64,000 nt of DNA from Octopus vulgaris (taxonomy: Eukaryota), in the NCBI GenBank assembly GCA_951406725.2, contig OX597815.1:144398001-144462000 (forward strand), read 5' to 3'. Both the position numbers and the translations under genes were made by a program. Of the stretch, positions 11,820 through 26,514 are shown piece by piece. The notes beneath the pieces were generated by a model that searched no databases, was not told the origin of the DNA, and saw only the letters and a program-made list of their open reading frames with translations. The first letter of the stretch is position 1. Each line of letters opens with the position of its first letter.

Positions 11820-14205
11820 TATATACATCTATATACATATCCACACACACACACACTTGTGAAAGAATTTCTACATTTTATGTCTGAAGGCAGGTATGTT
11901 GTTTATTTTATAACATTTTGTTGTTTTTGATGAATGATGATGATGACTAAGACTGATGACTATGATGATGGCTTTGGGGAAAGACAGTGACATTATTGAT
12001 GGTGGTGGAAGTGGTGGTCACAGATGATGATAGTGGGAAGGGTAGTAGTGTGGGTGTAGTTTAGTAATGATGGTGGTGGTGGTGGTTGTGCTAGTGATGA
12101 TATTGTTGTTGATAGTGATAGTTGTGATGATTTTGATGATGGTGGTGACGCTGAACTTTCTCTCCTTCTGCTCTTGTCTTATTCGTAGTATCAGGTTTCC
12201 TAACAACCTCTGCACAATCTGTTTATGTTGTTCTTTGTTATGTTTCACAGGCCTTCTCTTCAGAATTTCACCTTGAGCAATTAGAGGCTTTCGGTAAAAG
12301 TATATACAAAAGTTCACCTTATAATCAAGTGGTTCTGAGTTCAATCCCAGTATGTGGCATCTTGGACAAGGGTCTTTTACTGTAAGCCTACCTTTGACAA
12401 ATGTCTGAATGCAAGTACATACTGTGAACAAGCTCATCCATACACACACACACATTCATACACCCTGGTTTTAAGTTCAGTCCCACAGGTGGTACCTTGG
12501 GCAAGTATCTTCTACTATAACCCCAGGCCAACCAGTCTTGTGAGTAGATTTAGTTAATGGAAGCTGAAAGCCCATTGTATGTATACATACATAAAAAGCA
12601 CCCAGTACACTCTCTTAAGTGGTTGGTGTTAGGAAGGGCATCCAGGTGTAGAGACCATGTCAAGACAGACAACTGGAGCCTAGAGTGGTTCCTGGCCTCG
12701 CATACACACACACAAGCTAACCCTCACAAGAGACATGCACAATATATACAAAAAAAAAATTGCATCAAGTCTTTTTCGGTTTTGCATATGATAACAAAAG
12801 TTACGTTCTGAGAGATGTGAGTTCTTATCAGATAAGATGAAAATGAACATGGTTTAAATTAATTCCCTTAACTTGGAATTTAGATTCTGATTATATCCCA
12901 ATTATAGTTTTTACATGGAATTCATGCTGGATCATCACTGTGAATTTACTCAATTACATCAACCCTAGTTTCTTATCTGTAATTGAGAAAATAGGACTCA
13001 ATACTATTAAGTAATATTAATATTGTTATTCTAGTTTAACTCAGCAAGCTTGCTGTTGACTGTAACAAATTCAGACTTTGTGTCAATATTAGAACCAACA
13101 ACTACTAAATAAAGAGGGTAATAGCTTCTAATTGAGTCTAATTGTTGCGGCAGGGTGTCTGTCAGTGTCCTAACAGAAATGTTTGTCTCTCCTAATAGTT
13201 TGTACCAATTCCAAATGAGATGATTACACACATTCCTTAACTGCGGTAATAGGTTTGTTTTTTATTCAACAGATAAGTTAATGTAATTCCTGAGGCTCCC
13301 CCCACCAACTTCTGTACAATATTGTAGTCATTTGATATTTTTATAGAAATAATTGGAACATTATTGTCATATTTTGTTTAACAGAATAATTTCAGGTTTA
13401 CATGCTGCAATCTGGTGGTCTGTCTTTTTACTGAAATTTCATAGTATTTTATCTTTGTCATTTTGTAAGATAAGGCAGGTGTTTTTCAGAATACCATAGT
13501 TTTTACTTGCAGCAATTAAAATTTAGTGGCTACAGGTATGTAGATGTCTATGGCATCTATATATATATACATATATATTATTGTGACCATCATCATTTTA
13601 GCATCCACTTTTCCATGCTTGCTGTTGGATGGAGTTTCTTGAAGGAGATTTTCTATGGTCGGATGCCCTTCCAGTTCGCAAGCAAGGTAATACTTACCCA
13701 TGGCCAGACAGGTTTTCTCTGAATGTTGGAAATGAAGGCAACTACTTGTATGACAGTGACCCTCATTTACAACTATCACATGTCAAGACCAGAGGACACA
13801 AGCATGCACACACACACACACACATACGGCTTCTGTCTGGTTTTTGTTTACCAAATTCACTCACAAGTTTTGGTCAACTGGGACTATATTAGAAGACACT
13901 TGGCCAAGGTGCCACACAGTGGGGCTGAAACTGAGCCCATGTGGTTGGGAAGCAAACTTCTTAAAAAGCTCCCCATAGATGACATTTGTCATATATATTG
14001 TAAGAGATGGAACAATTCCTTTCACTGTATCTAAAGGTGATGTCATGTTTAGATTTCTGCTGCCCTATTCAGACTAGGTTTCTGCAACCAGATATGAAAG
14101 AGATACCCTTTTATTTATATATTTGGTACCCAGTCTACAAAGATTATTGCCTTGAAATTTACTCATTACAGTTGACCCTAGAGGTCAACCTTAACACTCA
14201 AACTA

Positions 14206-14458
14206 AAGTAATGGTCCTTAAACATTTTTTGTCTATGAACCCCTTTGATTCCCCTTTTATTCAGATGGACCCTTATAGTAATTCAATGTTTCTAAAATCC
14301 CTTTTATATTTTTATGATTAAATATTATTAGGAATTGTATTAAAAACATTTTAAATATTTGGTGTATTGTGGAAATAAAACCAATTTATTGGAGATAAAC
14401 TTTAACAAAATCCTTGTTGGCCCTCAAGGGTTATATGAACCCCAGCTAAGAACCACTG
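14206..14458. mobile_element. hAT (Charlie-type) MITE, degenerate
   Basis: Right end ...ctaagaaccactg (CAGTGGTTCTTA-type TIR); decayed left end taatggtccttaaac. Confidence 0.5.
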
Positions 14459-14586
14459 ACCTATACGATACATCAGGCTGGCCATTTTTGGTGTCATTTT
14501 AGGTTTAGACTTCAGCTGCTTGAAGACTGAGACAATTTCTTGTAAGAAATTTGTTTTCATGGATGCAACTTGGTTGCTACGTATCA

Positions 14587-14973
14587 AAGGTGGGCATGGT
14601 TTATGGAAAAGTTAACTGTTAATCAAAAAGTTAACTTTGATAACCTTTAATCAGTTAATTATTCTCTAATGTAATGTAGGTTATCGATAAACCATTAACG
14701 TTAATTTTTATCATAGAAAACAAACAAAAAACCAGTTTTTGCTCTAAAACCACCTAAAAACACCTTTAAAAAGTACCAAAACTATAAAACCCGTTAACTT
14801 CGATTCAATTGAAATTAATGGAAGTTAACTCAAGTTGACTTCAGTTAACAGAAGCTTAATGTAACGGAAGTTAATTAGTCTGATAATGATTTCCAAAGTT
14901 AACTTAAAAGTTAAATTGTTAACGAAAATGTTAACTTTGTTAATTAACGATTAATGGTTTGGTACCCAGGTTT
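14587..14973. mobile_element. Probable hAT-type MITE with many subterminal GTTAAC/TTAA motifs
   Basis: Ends aggtgggca... / ...tacccaggttt form an imperfect inverted pair; interior densely filled with gttaac. Confidence 0.45.
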
Positions 14974-15774
14974 GCTTATCATTAAGGGAGTACTGCGCAA
15001 AATGCTTAGCAGAATTTCATCTGTCTTTACATTCTGAGTTCAAATGCCACCAAGGCTGACTTTGCCTGTCATCCTTTCAGAGTCAATAAAATATGTACCA
15101 GTTATGCACTGGGGTTGATATATTCAACTTGCCTCCCCCTCCTCTGAAACTGCTGGCCTTGTGCAAAAATTTGTAACTTATCATTATTTAGTGAGAGAGC
15201 AGCACATGCCATCAAAGTGACACTAGAGTAATATAATATACAAAGTCCAATATACCTATCAGGACTCCCTGTCTGATAAGGGTACACCAGGCACATGCAT
15301 CACAACTATATGTGTGTGGCATGGGACCTTATATCAAGATAAACAGCTCATGACCTTGCATGTTTCCAGGGCTGAATTATTCAAACCCCCAAGAACCCCT
15401 CTGAACACATGGCTATGATGCTTCCTCAGTACTTTTGCTCATGATCAGAGATGCACATATTGTCAGGCACTAAGGGACATGCTCAACTGATTAAGGTCAA
15501 GCAACTGATAAACAAATCTGAGGTATTGAACAGAATATTTGCTGTGGCTTGTAGCCAATGCCAGTGCCACCTGACTGGCTCCTGTGCTGGTGGCCTGTAA
15601 AAAGCATGCACTACACTTTCAGAGTGGTTGGCATTAGAAAGGGCATCCACCAGTAGAAACATTGCCAGATCAGATTGGAGCCTGCTGCAGCCTCCTGACT
15701 TGCCAGTCCTCAGTCAAACCGAGCAACCTATGCCAACATGGAAAACAGTTGTTAAATGATGATGATGATTGATT

Positions 15775-16320
15775 GAGAGAGCAGTGCATGTCATCAAAGT
15801 GACACTGGGGTAAAATATACGAAGCCCAGTATACCCATCATGACTACACGTCTGATAAGGGTCCACCAGGCACATGCATCACAACCATTCGTGCATGACA
15901 TGGTGATCTCATGTCAAGATAAACAGCGCATGACCTTGCAGGTGGGGCTCAGTTTGAATTTTCTTCAGGTTGAGTAAGCCATCCTGCTCAAGAATCCCTG
16001 AATAAGGACTGTTTAAGGATGTTGAACAAAGAACCTATGTTTCCAGTGGTGAATTATTCAAACCCCAAAGAATTCCCCTCAACACATGGTTATGATGCTC
16101 CCCTACTACTTCTGCTCATGATCAGAGATACACATAGCGTCAGCCACTAAGGAACATGTTCAACTGGTTATGGTCAAGCAACTGACTTGCAAATATGTGG
16201 TATTGAGCAGAATATTTGCTGTAGCCCATCTTTTATACCAAGACAAAACAATGTACATGATAACACTTCCAATCACTTAGGAAGCCATGAGAGCCACTGC
16301 CTGGTACTGCATCAGGGCAT
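15775..16320. repeat. Interspersed repeat family D (longest copy, ~550 bp)
   Basis: Colinear with 15190-15545, 59068-59457 and 8168-8402; bordered by (ATT)n/(ATG)n. Confidence 0.8.
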
Positions 16321-16328
16321 TATTATTG

Positions 16329-16359
<31 letters not shown>

Positions 16360-17544
16360 CATCATAGTCAAGAAAGGGATGTAGTAAGCCTTCTGGCAAG
16401 TAGGAAATGTACTGGTTCAGTAGATTTCACCACTATAGTTACTGCTAGCATTGCCATTATCACTATTTGATATAACTCAAGGCCCTGTGCCTATATTAGG
16501 AATATCACCATGGTGATCATTATCGCCATCTTCATCATCACCCCTATATCACCTTCGCTACAATTTGTGACATTGTACTGATAGAGAAATATCACAAACA
16601 TCATCATCATCATCAAATTTTTCTTCCTTTTACAAAAAAAAAACAACTTCAAACTGATGCCAAAGATAACAAAAGGTTTCACACCCGTTTCATTCCACTT
16701 ACTTTTGATACCTAACTTCCGTCAACACACACACATACATACACACATGCACCTACCTACACAGAAATTGCCTTATCTATGGGAGGTGGTGTTGAGGAGG
16801 TTTCCTAGAATGTTTTGGTAACATCATTTTAATAAATAAAGCCAAAGACTTCGATATAACTCTGTGTTGACTCATCGTCCCAGGCAGGTGATGGCGGAGG
16901 TGTGACGGTGGTGGCAGCAGCGAGGATGGGGATGTAACTATAGCGACACCATCTGTTTCAAGTTTCCACCTAGCACAGACTGTTATGTGATTCTTTAACA
17001 GTGGAGAGAGAGAGACAGACAGAGAAAAGGGAGATGGAGAGAGTGAGAAAGAAACAGAGGGAGAGAGGTAGATAGAGAGAAAAAGTGGGAGAAACAGACA
17101 GTTTGATAAATAGACAAAAGGAAAGAGTAGTAAGGATGTGAAAGGGGAGGAGGAGATGTGTGGAAGAATTATAAGTGAAGAAAAAGGACAAGCAAAATGT
17201 ATCATAGTGGTGGTGATGGTAGTGTTAGTGTCAGACATTCCAGCTGTGACCATCAAGCCTTTTTTTTTTTTTTACTTAGAATATATTATGCAACATGTTC
17301 TTCCTTTTTTATCAACAACTCTTTTATTTTACTTTTGCTTCAGTCGTTAGACTGTGGCCATGCTGGGGCACTGCCTTGAAGATGTTTAGTCAGATAAATC
17401 GACCCCAGTACTTAAAAGCTTGGTACTTATTCTATTGATCTCCCTTGCTGAACTGCCAAGTCATGGGGGACATAAACAAACCAACACTGGTTGTCAGGTG
17501 GTAGTGGGGAACCCTCATACACACAGGTATATCCCCGCTCTGTT

Positions 17545-18680
17545 ATATGGTGGTCTCTAAGGAAGTTGAGGAGTGGCTTGTTAGAGCTGTCAGTAAGGTA
17601 AGAGTCGGCTATGAATACATTGATGAATTTAGCGTACAGGTAGGGGTTTACCAGGGTTCCGTTCTCAGCCCACTCTAATTCATTATAGTTCTCCAGGCCA
17701 TAACAGAGGAATTCAAAACTGGGTGTCTATGGGAACTGCTATATGCTGATGACCTTGCTCTTATTGCAGAATCTTTAGCAGAAATGGAGAAGAAATTCCA
17801 GGTATGGAAACAAAACCTAGAATCAAAGAGCCTTAAAGTTAACCAAAGTTGTTAGTAAGAAAGAAGATAAAACTCTCTTTCTGTCAGGTAAATGGCCCTG
17901 CTCAATATGTAAGAAAAGAGTTGGAAGAAATTCCATTCATTACACCCAGTGTAAACTATGGAGACTTAAGAGGTGCAGTGGAACCACAGGTAGATTAACA
18001 GATAAAGAAGTCTTTGATTGTGGCAGATATGCAGGAACAATAAGCACTAAGACCACACGGGACTTAGATTCTCTCAAATGCCCAGGAGGCTCTCTTGAGG
18101 TTGTAGATAGTTTCGGTTACCTAGGTGACCAATTTAGCAATGGTGGCAGATGCTCTGAAAGTATTGTTTCTAGAATAAGATTTGGGTGGAGGAAGTTCAG
18201 AGAGCTATTACTGTTGTTGGCAACAAAAGGACCCTCTCTGAGTGAAAGGTAGACTGTATGATGGTTGTGAGCCAGTGGCTATACTCCACGGTAGTGAGGC
18301 ATGGGCTCTGAATGCAGAAGACATGCATAGACTGGAGAGAAAGGAAAGCAGTGTACTGTGTTGGATGTGCAACATCAGTGCATACATATGGCAAATGTAT
18401 TGAAAGAAAATTTGGGTATAAGAGAAATCAAATGTAACAGGCAAGAGAGAAGACTACGTTGGTTTGGACATGTGATGCATATGAACGAGGACAGCTGCAT
18501 AAAGAAGTGCTGATCACTGAATGTGGATGGTACCCATGGAAGAGGGATACCCAGAAAGATGTGGAATGAAGTGATGAGGACTGACTTCAGGATGTTGGGC
18601 CTCACGGAGGAAATAACAATGGACCGAGACGTCTGGCAATATGAGGTTCTTGACAAAACTCACCCATGTTGGCAAAACTG
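17545..18680 (+). mobile_element. RTE-clade LINE reverse transcriptase fragment (pseudogene)
   Basis: Translates to GVYQGSVLSPL*FIIVLQAITEEFKTGCLWELLYADDLALIAES (YADD at 17742-17753), then RLRWFGHV and GxxGRGxP..W C-terminal motifs, with stops and frameshifts. Confidence 0.9.
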
Positions 18681-21600
18681 AGTTCTAGAAGCGCTGTATG
18701 TCCCACCCACATTTAACAAGAGAACTCACACATCCTACCCCAACAAACCAAACAATATCTCTACATCTCTTCTCTTCCTCACATTTCCACTTCATACACT
18801 ATGCTTACTTCCCATTCCCCAATCCTGTACTGTTGGACCTGTCTCACTGTATCATTGCTGTCTGTTAGCCCCTGACCTGTGTGTTTCATCCACATGCCCT
18901 GCCTCACTGTATCATTCCTATCCGGTAGTTCCCAACCTGTGTATTCTACCCACATGTAAAAAAAAACTTTTCACACACCCTACCCCAACAAACCAATCGA
19001 CATCGCCACATCTCTTCCTTCATACACTATGCCTGCCTCCATGGCCCTGTTTCTCTGTATCATTGCTATCCGGTAGTAGCCCACCACTCTTTATATACCC
19101 AGGTTTTTGCCATTCACTTGCACTCCCTCTCTGCACCCTCTAATCACACTCTTTTCACAATATCCTGTCACTTATTTTGGAGAGGGGGCTAGTTGATTAG
19201 TATGCAACTAGTACTTAATTTATCAACCCCGAAAGGATGAAAGGCAAAGTCAGCCTCAGTGGAATTTGAACTCAGAATGTAAAGACAGATGAAATACCAT
19301 TAAGCATTTTGCCCGGCGTGTTAACACTTCTGCCAGCTCCCTGACCATGGGAAATATTACCTTGCCTGGAAACAAGTGATGGTTGATGACAGGAAGATCA
19401 TCAGGCCATAGAAAATCTGCTGCAACAGATTCTGTCAGACCCACGGAAGCATGCAAAAGTGGACATTAAATGATGATATTTTCAGGATTTTATTTTCATC
19501 AAGCATCAACTGAAAATGGAATAACCAGTTTTAATGTTTTTAAAAGAATTATGGAATAAACGATTCTGCAGGTGTTTTTCATGAACTCCATATGAACTTC
19601 AGTGGAAATGCTTTGTTTACAGTTGATGATTCGACCAAAAGTAAATCTTAAATGTGTTAAACCAGGAATATTTTGAGATGTGTACGTCATTGTAGCATCT
19701 ACATACAAATCCCTAAAACTCCACCTATGGCTAAAGTAACGTGTGTGTGTGTACACATACTGCTAAATACTTTTACTGTCTTGTGGTTGTCTATCAAATT
19801 CCATGAAAACCATTCACTCTTTCAGCCATGGATATCTTGATCCAACTTTAACTCTTCAATGGTGGAACCTTTGGTCTCACTCTATATTTTCACTTAATCC
19901 TGCAGCCCTTAAATCCCATTCTATCTTCTTCAATTGTACAGCCATTGATGAGTATTTTTTCTTAAAGGACAGCCACAAAAGACAGAAAGCAACTGACTGA
20001 ACAAATATGATTTCTGCTGCATATGCAACATTTATTGAAGAAACCATGGGAAGCGGTGGTATGTCATTGTTGCAGATGCACATCATACTTGAACTGCTGC
20101 AACAGCAACGACCACTCCTGAGATCTTGGATCTGGTGTGGTCGTTGTTGTTGAGGTAGATGCTACCTCTGCTTGAAGCTTTATAATGGCATTGTGGCTTC
20201 ACATCTCCAGCATCAATACATTAGTTGTGAAGGAGATAGACCTAATTGCAAGGGTAATCCAAGATGACTGTTGCCTCCCCTAAGCTGAAGGACGTTGCCA
20301 GAAACAACCTTAAAGCTGATTGCCACAGCTTGTTTTCCTCTTGAGATATACACCTTCAATGGATTGTCATGTTTGCTGGCTTCAGTCATTAATACATCAT
20401 TAGTAGTACACATTACTAGATAAGCTACATGTTTAGGTGTGACCGACCACATAAGTTTCTTTATATTTATTACTCAGAACATTTACATTAACGTGCATCC
20501 AACAATTATTTGAATAAAACATTACACATGAGATGGTGAACGTGACAGTTAAAATTCTTCTTTGCATAAAGTATTTCAATTCAGTTGTATGAAAAGTGTT
20601 CAGAATAAGTAGAAGAGTGAGAACACTCTATCACAAAACTGATCGAGTCCTGTGTAGCACCCGAAGTTCTGTTTGGGAGTTCAATATCTCAGCTTTTTAT
20701 AACATTTAGTCAAACTTCTAGAACTTTGTCAGAACTATTCAGCAGAAAAACTCACAAAACTTACTCTCTTGTCTACCACTCATAGTAGCATGTCTGCCAA
20801 TCTGATTGATTGAATCCTGTTTACAAAGGTGTTAATGGTTTTTATGGTGATCATAGTTAATTGCTCACACCTGGCATTTGCCTTTTATGGCAATATAGTT
20901 GGGCTGAAGTTCTAAACTAGGGATCTGAGTGAGTGGGTTCAAAACTCAGTAGAAGCCTAACTACACACCCTAAGCATTGTCTTTCTGTACTCACCTACAA
21001 ACTGGGAGAGTCCTGGAGATTGGTTGGGCCATCACAGCTAAGGAACCCTATCTGTTCCTCTCCCTCACAGTTGTTCTGATAAGAAGTAACAACCAGGGGT
21101 CCATCTCTATCCCAAATTCTCTCACATCTCATTCTTTCACTGTCTTGAGTGTCTTTGTGTCTCCATAACAATTGCATGTCCCTTTAACAGGGCCTGTATA
21201 TCCTGGTGGGTTTCTAATACCCACCCTGATCAGTTTAGCTTTGTGGTTGGGTGCCAATTTAGTCAGTGATTATCCAACCATGTAACAGTTTGTACAGGAG
21301 TTATATGATACCAGTAGCACTGAAAGAGACACACATATGCAGGCAGCAGCCCTAAACCATTGTCTTGTTTATAATCCCCCTCACTTCCCCTGGTTCTGGA
21401 GTCCAGTTTGACGAAGTATTCAGACTATAATTCTGGTATGAAGGGGAGATAACTCTATATTGAAGCAGAGCTGTTAGCTGCAACAATTCATGATGTACAG
21501 GTTTCTTTTTTTTTTTCTTCTCTTCTTCACAACTGTCTCAAAGACATTGTGCAAGTTAATGAGAACCCCGCCCTCAGGTGAATTTAGTTTTAGGTACAAC

Positions 21601-22165
21601 TGTGGAATTGATAATGAAAGCAAAACAATGCAAGAAAATAGAAAAATAGATGTGTCCCATTGTAAGTGGAACAAGTTTGTAAATGCTTAAAAGTCACTTA
21701 TTAAATGTCATTAATATAGGTTTCTCTTTTTAATTGCTGAACAAATTTTGTTAAGGCCCTGCTTCCGTTCATTAAGCCATAAAATCTCTCTCTCTCAAAC
21801 ACACACACACAGACACTTAGACATTCACGCAAACACATATCTAAATGCATATATTCATAAGGTTTTAAGCAAACATTAAGATGCTCAGAGTATACATATT
21901 TACCAACACAAAGCGTTTACACCACACGTAGGAAATGAATCCACCATGCAAACAAAATAATGTTTGCACATTGTCATTTCAATTGACAAAAGAATTTATT
22001 CTAATCCTGTCGTTGACCAATTTAGATCAATGCATCTGTGTCAGAGTTGTCACATCAAATACCGCTCCAATATCTAGACAGTTTCTGTGGAATGTGAAGA
22101 CAATGGCAACACAAGCTGAAATCTTGGCACAAACACTGGATTTTCAGATCACATTTATATGCTAC

Positions 22166-22196
<31 letters not shown>

Positions 22197-22226
22197 CTCT
22201 CTTTCTTTCTCTTTTTCTCTCTTTCT

Positions 22227-22257
<31 letters not shown>

Positions 22258-22545
22258 TCAATGTGTAAAGTGTAAATATGAATATTTAAGGGAAAATTGT
22301 TTCAGACAACAAATGAGCTTACACACCCATACACACACACATCATCATCATCTTCATCATCATTGTACACACACAATATAGTGTGTATGTGTGTGTGTTT
22401 ACACACACACTAATGTAGTGAAATAACGGTGATGCCAACAATGATATTTAAGTGAGAATTCTTCTAAGGTAAATGGAACACATTCTCAGTATTTCAAGCT
22501 TCCATGAAAACAGACACCTCATCACTCGTACTAGGACACTTGAAC

Positions 22546-22591
<46 letters not shown>

Positions 22592-23384
22592 AAACGTGCT
22601 TTGGCATAGTTGTGTGGTTAAGAAGCTTGCTTTGCAAATTTGTGGTTTTGGTTTCAATCCTACTGTACAGCACCTTGGGCAAATCTCTCCTAATAACCCT
22701 GGGCCATGTGAGTGAATTTGTTAGATGGAAACTGTGTGGAAGTGTTTGTATTTGTGCCCCCCCCCCACTACCACCACTTTACAGTTGGTGCTTTTTTGCA
22801 TCTCTGACTTAGCGGATCAGCAAAAGGGATTAAAACAATAAGTACCAGATTTAGAAAAACTAGGCACTGCTTCAAGGTAGTTGCTCCAGCATGACTCCAG
22901 TCAAAGGACTAAAACAAGTAAAAAAAGAAAATGTGTGTGTGTGTGTGTGTGTGTGCTTGAATGTTTTTCTTATGTCATAAGTTGAGTCTTTGAGTCCTTA
23001 GACCAGAATGATAAAGACTGAACAGTTCAGAGACCCAGGACAACACTGAGAAGACTTTGGACTTTTCTTAAAATAAATTTATCTGAGCATTCACTGATAC
23101 ATTGTGTAAAAGGCTCAAACTACACACACACACAATTGTAGTTGAAGATTCCATTAGATGTGAAGGGAACCATAATTAAAGTAAGGTACTCAATACATCA
23201 GATACAGAGTATGTTTATTTATTTAGTGATAAGTGACTCTTGTACAGGAGATTATTTTTACAGCCCTGGAGAATGTCTCCGACACGCTGACAAATGAAAA
23301 AGCACTAGACATGCAAGATTCCTTATATATAATATGCTTTTGGTGCAAATGGTTTTTTTTTATATGGCGGCATGTTTACAATCC

Positions 23385-23582
23385 AATAAATAATAATAAT
23401 GGTATTTTTATATAAGCTTAAAGCTTATGGCGATCACCATGTAATGACTAAAGAAAATAGTCTAATAAAGGGGCATATAAGCCCTCAACAGAGAAAAGGT
23501 TTTCCTATTTGCGTGGGGGTTGAACCCACATCTCTTTGTTAACGCGGCTAAGTGTTTTACCATTGCACCAGCAAATTAGCCT
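23385..23582 (-). mobile_element. tRNA-headed SINE-like element, distinct from families A and C
   Basis: Minus strand ggctaatttgcTGGTGCAATGGtaaaacac...gatgtgGGTTCAACCCCcac (A and B boxes, 23506-23582), then a ~110-bp body and a (TTA)n-like tail. Confidence 0.55.
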
Positions 23583-23602
23583 TCTGTGCATGTGTGTGTG
23601 TG

Positions 23603-23663
<61 letters not shown>

Positions 23664-25011
23664 TCAGATTACACCAAGAGTTATTCACTCTAATTTAGTA
23701 ATAACATAAAATAACTGTTAGGCCACCCTTATTTATAGATCCAATTAAATATAAGACCCTTGTAAACCCTTAACATAAACATACCTAGGGAGATATAGGG
23801 AAGCATGGATAGAGAGAGAGGAGGGAACCAAATATAGAAACTCTCAATATACACATATTTTCATAGACTCCTTGGATTAATTCTCTGTCTATGAATCAAA
23901 GCACTTGATAACATTCTGAAAAGGGAGGCATGACAATCTAGTTCCCTTCAGTAGCACAAAGACACCCAACTCTCTCTCTCTTCTTTGTCACCTCTATCTT
24001 CTTTTGTGAAGAACATACAACTTCACCCCATTCTATAAATATCAGGCATCACAAACCCATATGACCATACAGCTCTAACGATAGTCAAATTAATTAGTGT
24101 GAATTTAGGTACAGAGCTTGCATCATCATTATCATTTAACGTCTGTGTTCCATGCTAGCATGGGTGAGATGCTACCACAAGAGCCGGCCAAGCCAAAGCC
24201 TACACCAGACTTTTGTGACTGTTTTGGCAGGATTTTTACAGCTGGATGCCTTTCCTAACACCAACCATTCAGCAGAGTGGACTTAATGCTTTTTACATGG
24301 CATGAGCACAGGCGAGGTCAGTTTTGGCAAAGTTTTTGCAGCTGGATGCCCTTCTGAACACCAACCACTTTACAGTGGTGCTTTTAAGTGGCACCTGCAC
24401 TGACAGGGTCACCAAGTACTTGCATGACAAAAACTTTTAAGAGGGGAAGAGGCATTGAAGGAGGTGATGATGAAAAGGTGGTAGTGAGACAGATACAGGT
24501 GTCTTGCTGTAGAGGAAGTACAAGGTTACTCGGCTGGAGAGAGAAAGATCAGGGATGAAGACAGAAATAGGTGTGCTACTGCTAAGAAAATACATGGTCA
24601 CCCAACCTGAGTGAAGTGCAGGAAGAGAAAGAGAGAGTGGGAAACCGCAGGATGGAGATGGTGACAAAATGCCGGGCATACTCGCAAGGAACAGAGATCA
24701 GAGTATAAATGAGATGGTTGAGTAAAGGAAGAAAGAGAGATATAGTGGCAAGTGCCGGGGCATACCCTTGAGGTTCAGATGAAAGCTTTTAATAATAATC
24801 CTTTTCACTACAATCGCAAGGGCCTGAAATTCTTTAGGGAAGAAGGCAAGTAAATTACATCAACCCCAGTGCTCAGCCGGTACTTATTCCATTGATCCCA
24901 AAAGGCAAAGTCAATGGTAATAGAATTTGAATTCAGAAGACAAAGATGGACGAAATGCCACTAAGCACCATCATCTGGTGCAGTAATGATTCCATCAGTT
25001 CATCACCTTAA

Positions 25012-25224
25012 CTCTTTAGCATTCAAACCAGCCATATCCAGCCCAAATATTCTTCTTTGTTCTATGTTCAAATTGGCCAGATCTCACACCTACCCTACAA
25101 TGTCATTCTAAAGCTAAAACGATCACACCATAAAAATCCTGAAACTACATCATCCTGCATCATTAATTCAAAACGATTTGAATGAATAAGCATCACATTT
25201 GACAGTGATCTGAATGCTAGAGAG
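25012..25224. mobile_element. TTAA-inserting (piggyBac-like) MITE
   Basis: TTAA|CTCTTTAGCATTC...GAATGCTAGAGAG|ctaa; colinear with 26752-26967. Confidence 0.75.
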
Positions 25225-26514
25225 CTAATGTTTTAAATAATAATAACGATGACAGGCCCTTTCTACTATAGGCATAAGGGCCTGAAATTTTGGGGGCAGG
25301 GACTAGTCAATTACATCAACCCTAGTGCTCAACTAGTACTTAGCTTATTGACCCCAGGAAGATGAAAGGCAAAGTCACTCTTGGTCATATTTGAACTCAG
25401 AAAACAAAGATATGATTGGCAGCCAAGCATTTTGTCTAGTATGACTTATGATTAAAGATGTTTCAGTCATAGGTGGAGCATCTTTAGTCATAAGTCTGTC
25501 TACTGTGTCAGAGCTGACCTGGGGTTAAACACAAATGACAACAACTTTTGTCATCTGAAGGAACCTTTCTGTGGCCACTTGACCTGCTAGGAATAGTAAC
25601 TAAATAATCTTCAACTCATATCATACCATCTCAAAAAAACCCCTCAAAACAGAAGGATACATTGAAATAATGTAACACTTAACATAGTGAGTCCAAATAA
25701 AAGACAAGATGTTCATAACAGAAACACCTTCAATCACATATCTGTCCTTTCAGGGTTGGCCTAGGGTTAAGCATCAATAGCAACAATTATGCAGACATCA
25801 TTAGTCTGGGTGGTTTTCCCATGTCTGTTGGCTCCAAGCTTCTTCTGCATAATAGGAAGCAAGTTTATTATGAATTCATGGTCTGAAACCAACTCATTTG
25901 ACATCTTACCCATGTTGTTTCTTAGCCCCAAGTGAGCCCTCATCAAGCTAACCTCTAATCAAAGACATTCCAGCTATGACTGTCTCATCTTTTTTTTTTT
26001 TTTAATATTTAAAATCTCATTTATTTAAGACTACACTATCCAATGTTTCTTTTTTCTTAAGATGGAAGGATGAAATATGAAGGAGATTTGTCTGCTATTT
26101 CTAACAGATGGAATGACTACCAAGAGTCTCTCTCTTTCTCATTGATGTGTTATCTTATCCTTTAAGGTGAATGACATTGATAGAGAAACACTGAAGAAGT
26201 TGTTAGTCACTTTATATTTGCTAAATGCTGCAACATAACCCACTACCACACTGCTGCTGATGTAAAGTTTTATTGCACAGGGAAGTGGGATGTATTGGTT
26301 GGTGGTGGTGTGACATGCATTTTCATGAAGCTGACAACTATCATGCTTACAGTGAAATGGTTACATTACACTGAACATATGGTCATAGGTTTTGCTGGTT
26401 CTTATTGTTTAGTCTTAGCTCAACCTTCATCTTGTAGTAGATCTATGATGAAAGGAGATTCCAACCATGACCATTCCATCATTTTAGTTGTACTGCATTA
26501 TCTAAAGTATTAAT

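Noticed and set aside
12018-12455. 145-aa minus-strand ORF
   Set aside because: Composed of a SINE head, a short unique stretch and (CAT/CAC)n low complexity; no domain or clear splice pair.
19500-20460. Possible decayed Gypsy gag/protease region
   Set aside because: Only a vague VVSGN..L.G resemblance; no LTR pair, PBS or RT motif verified.
21281-21486. Solo-LTR candidate (TGT...ACA)
   Set aside because: No TSD and no second copy.
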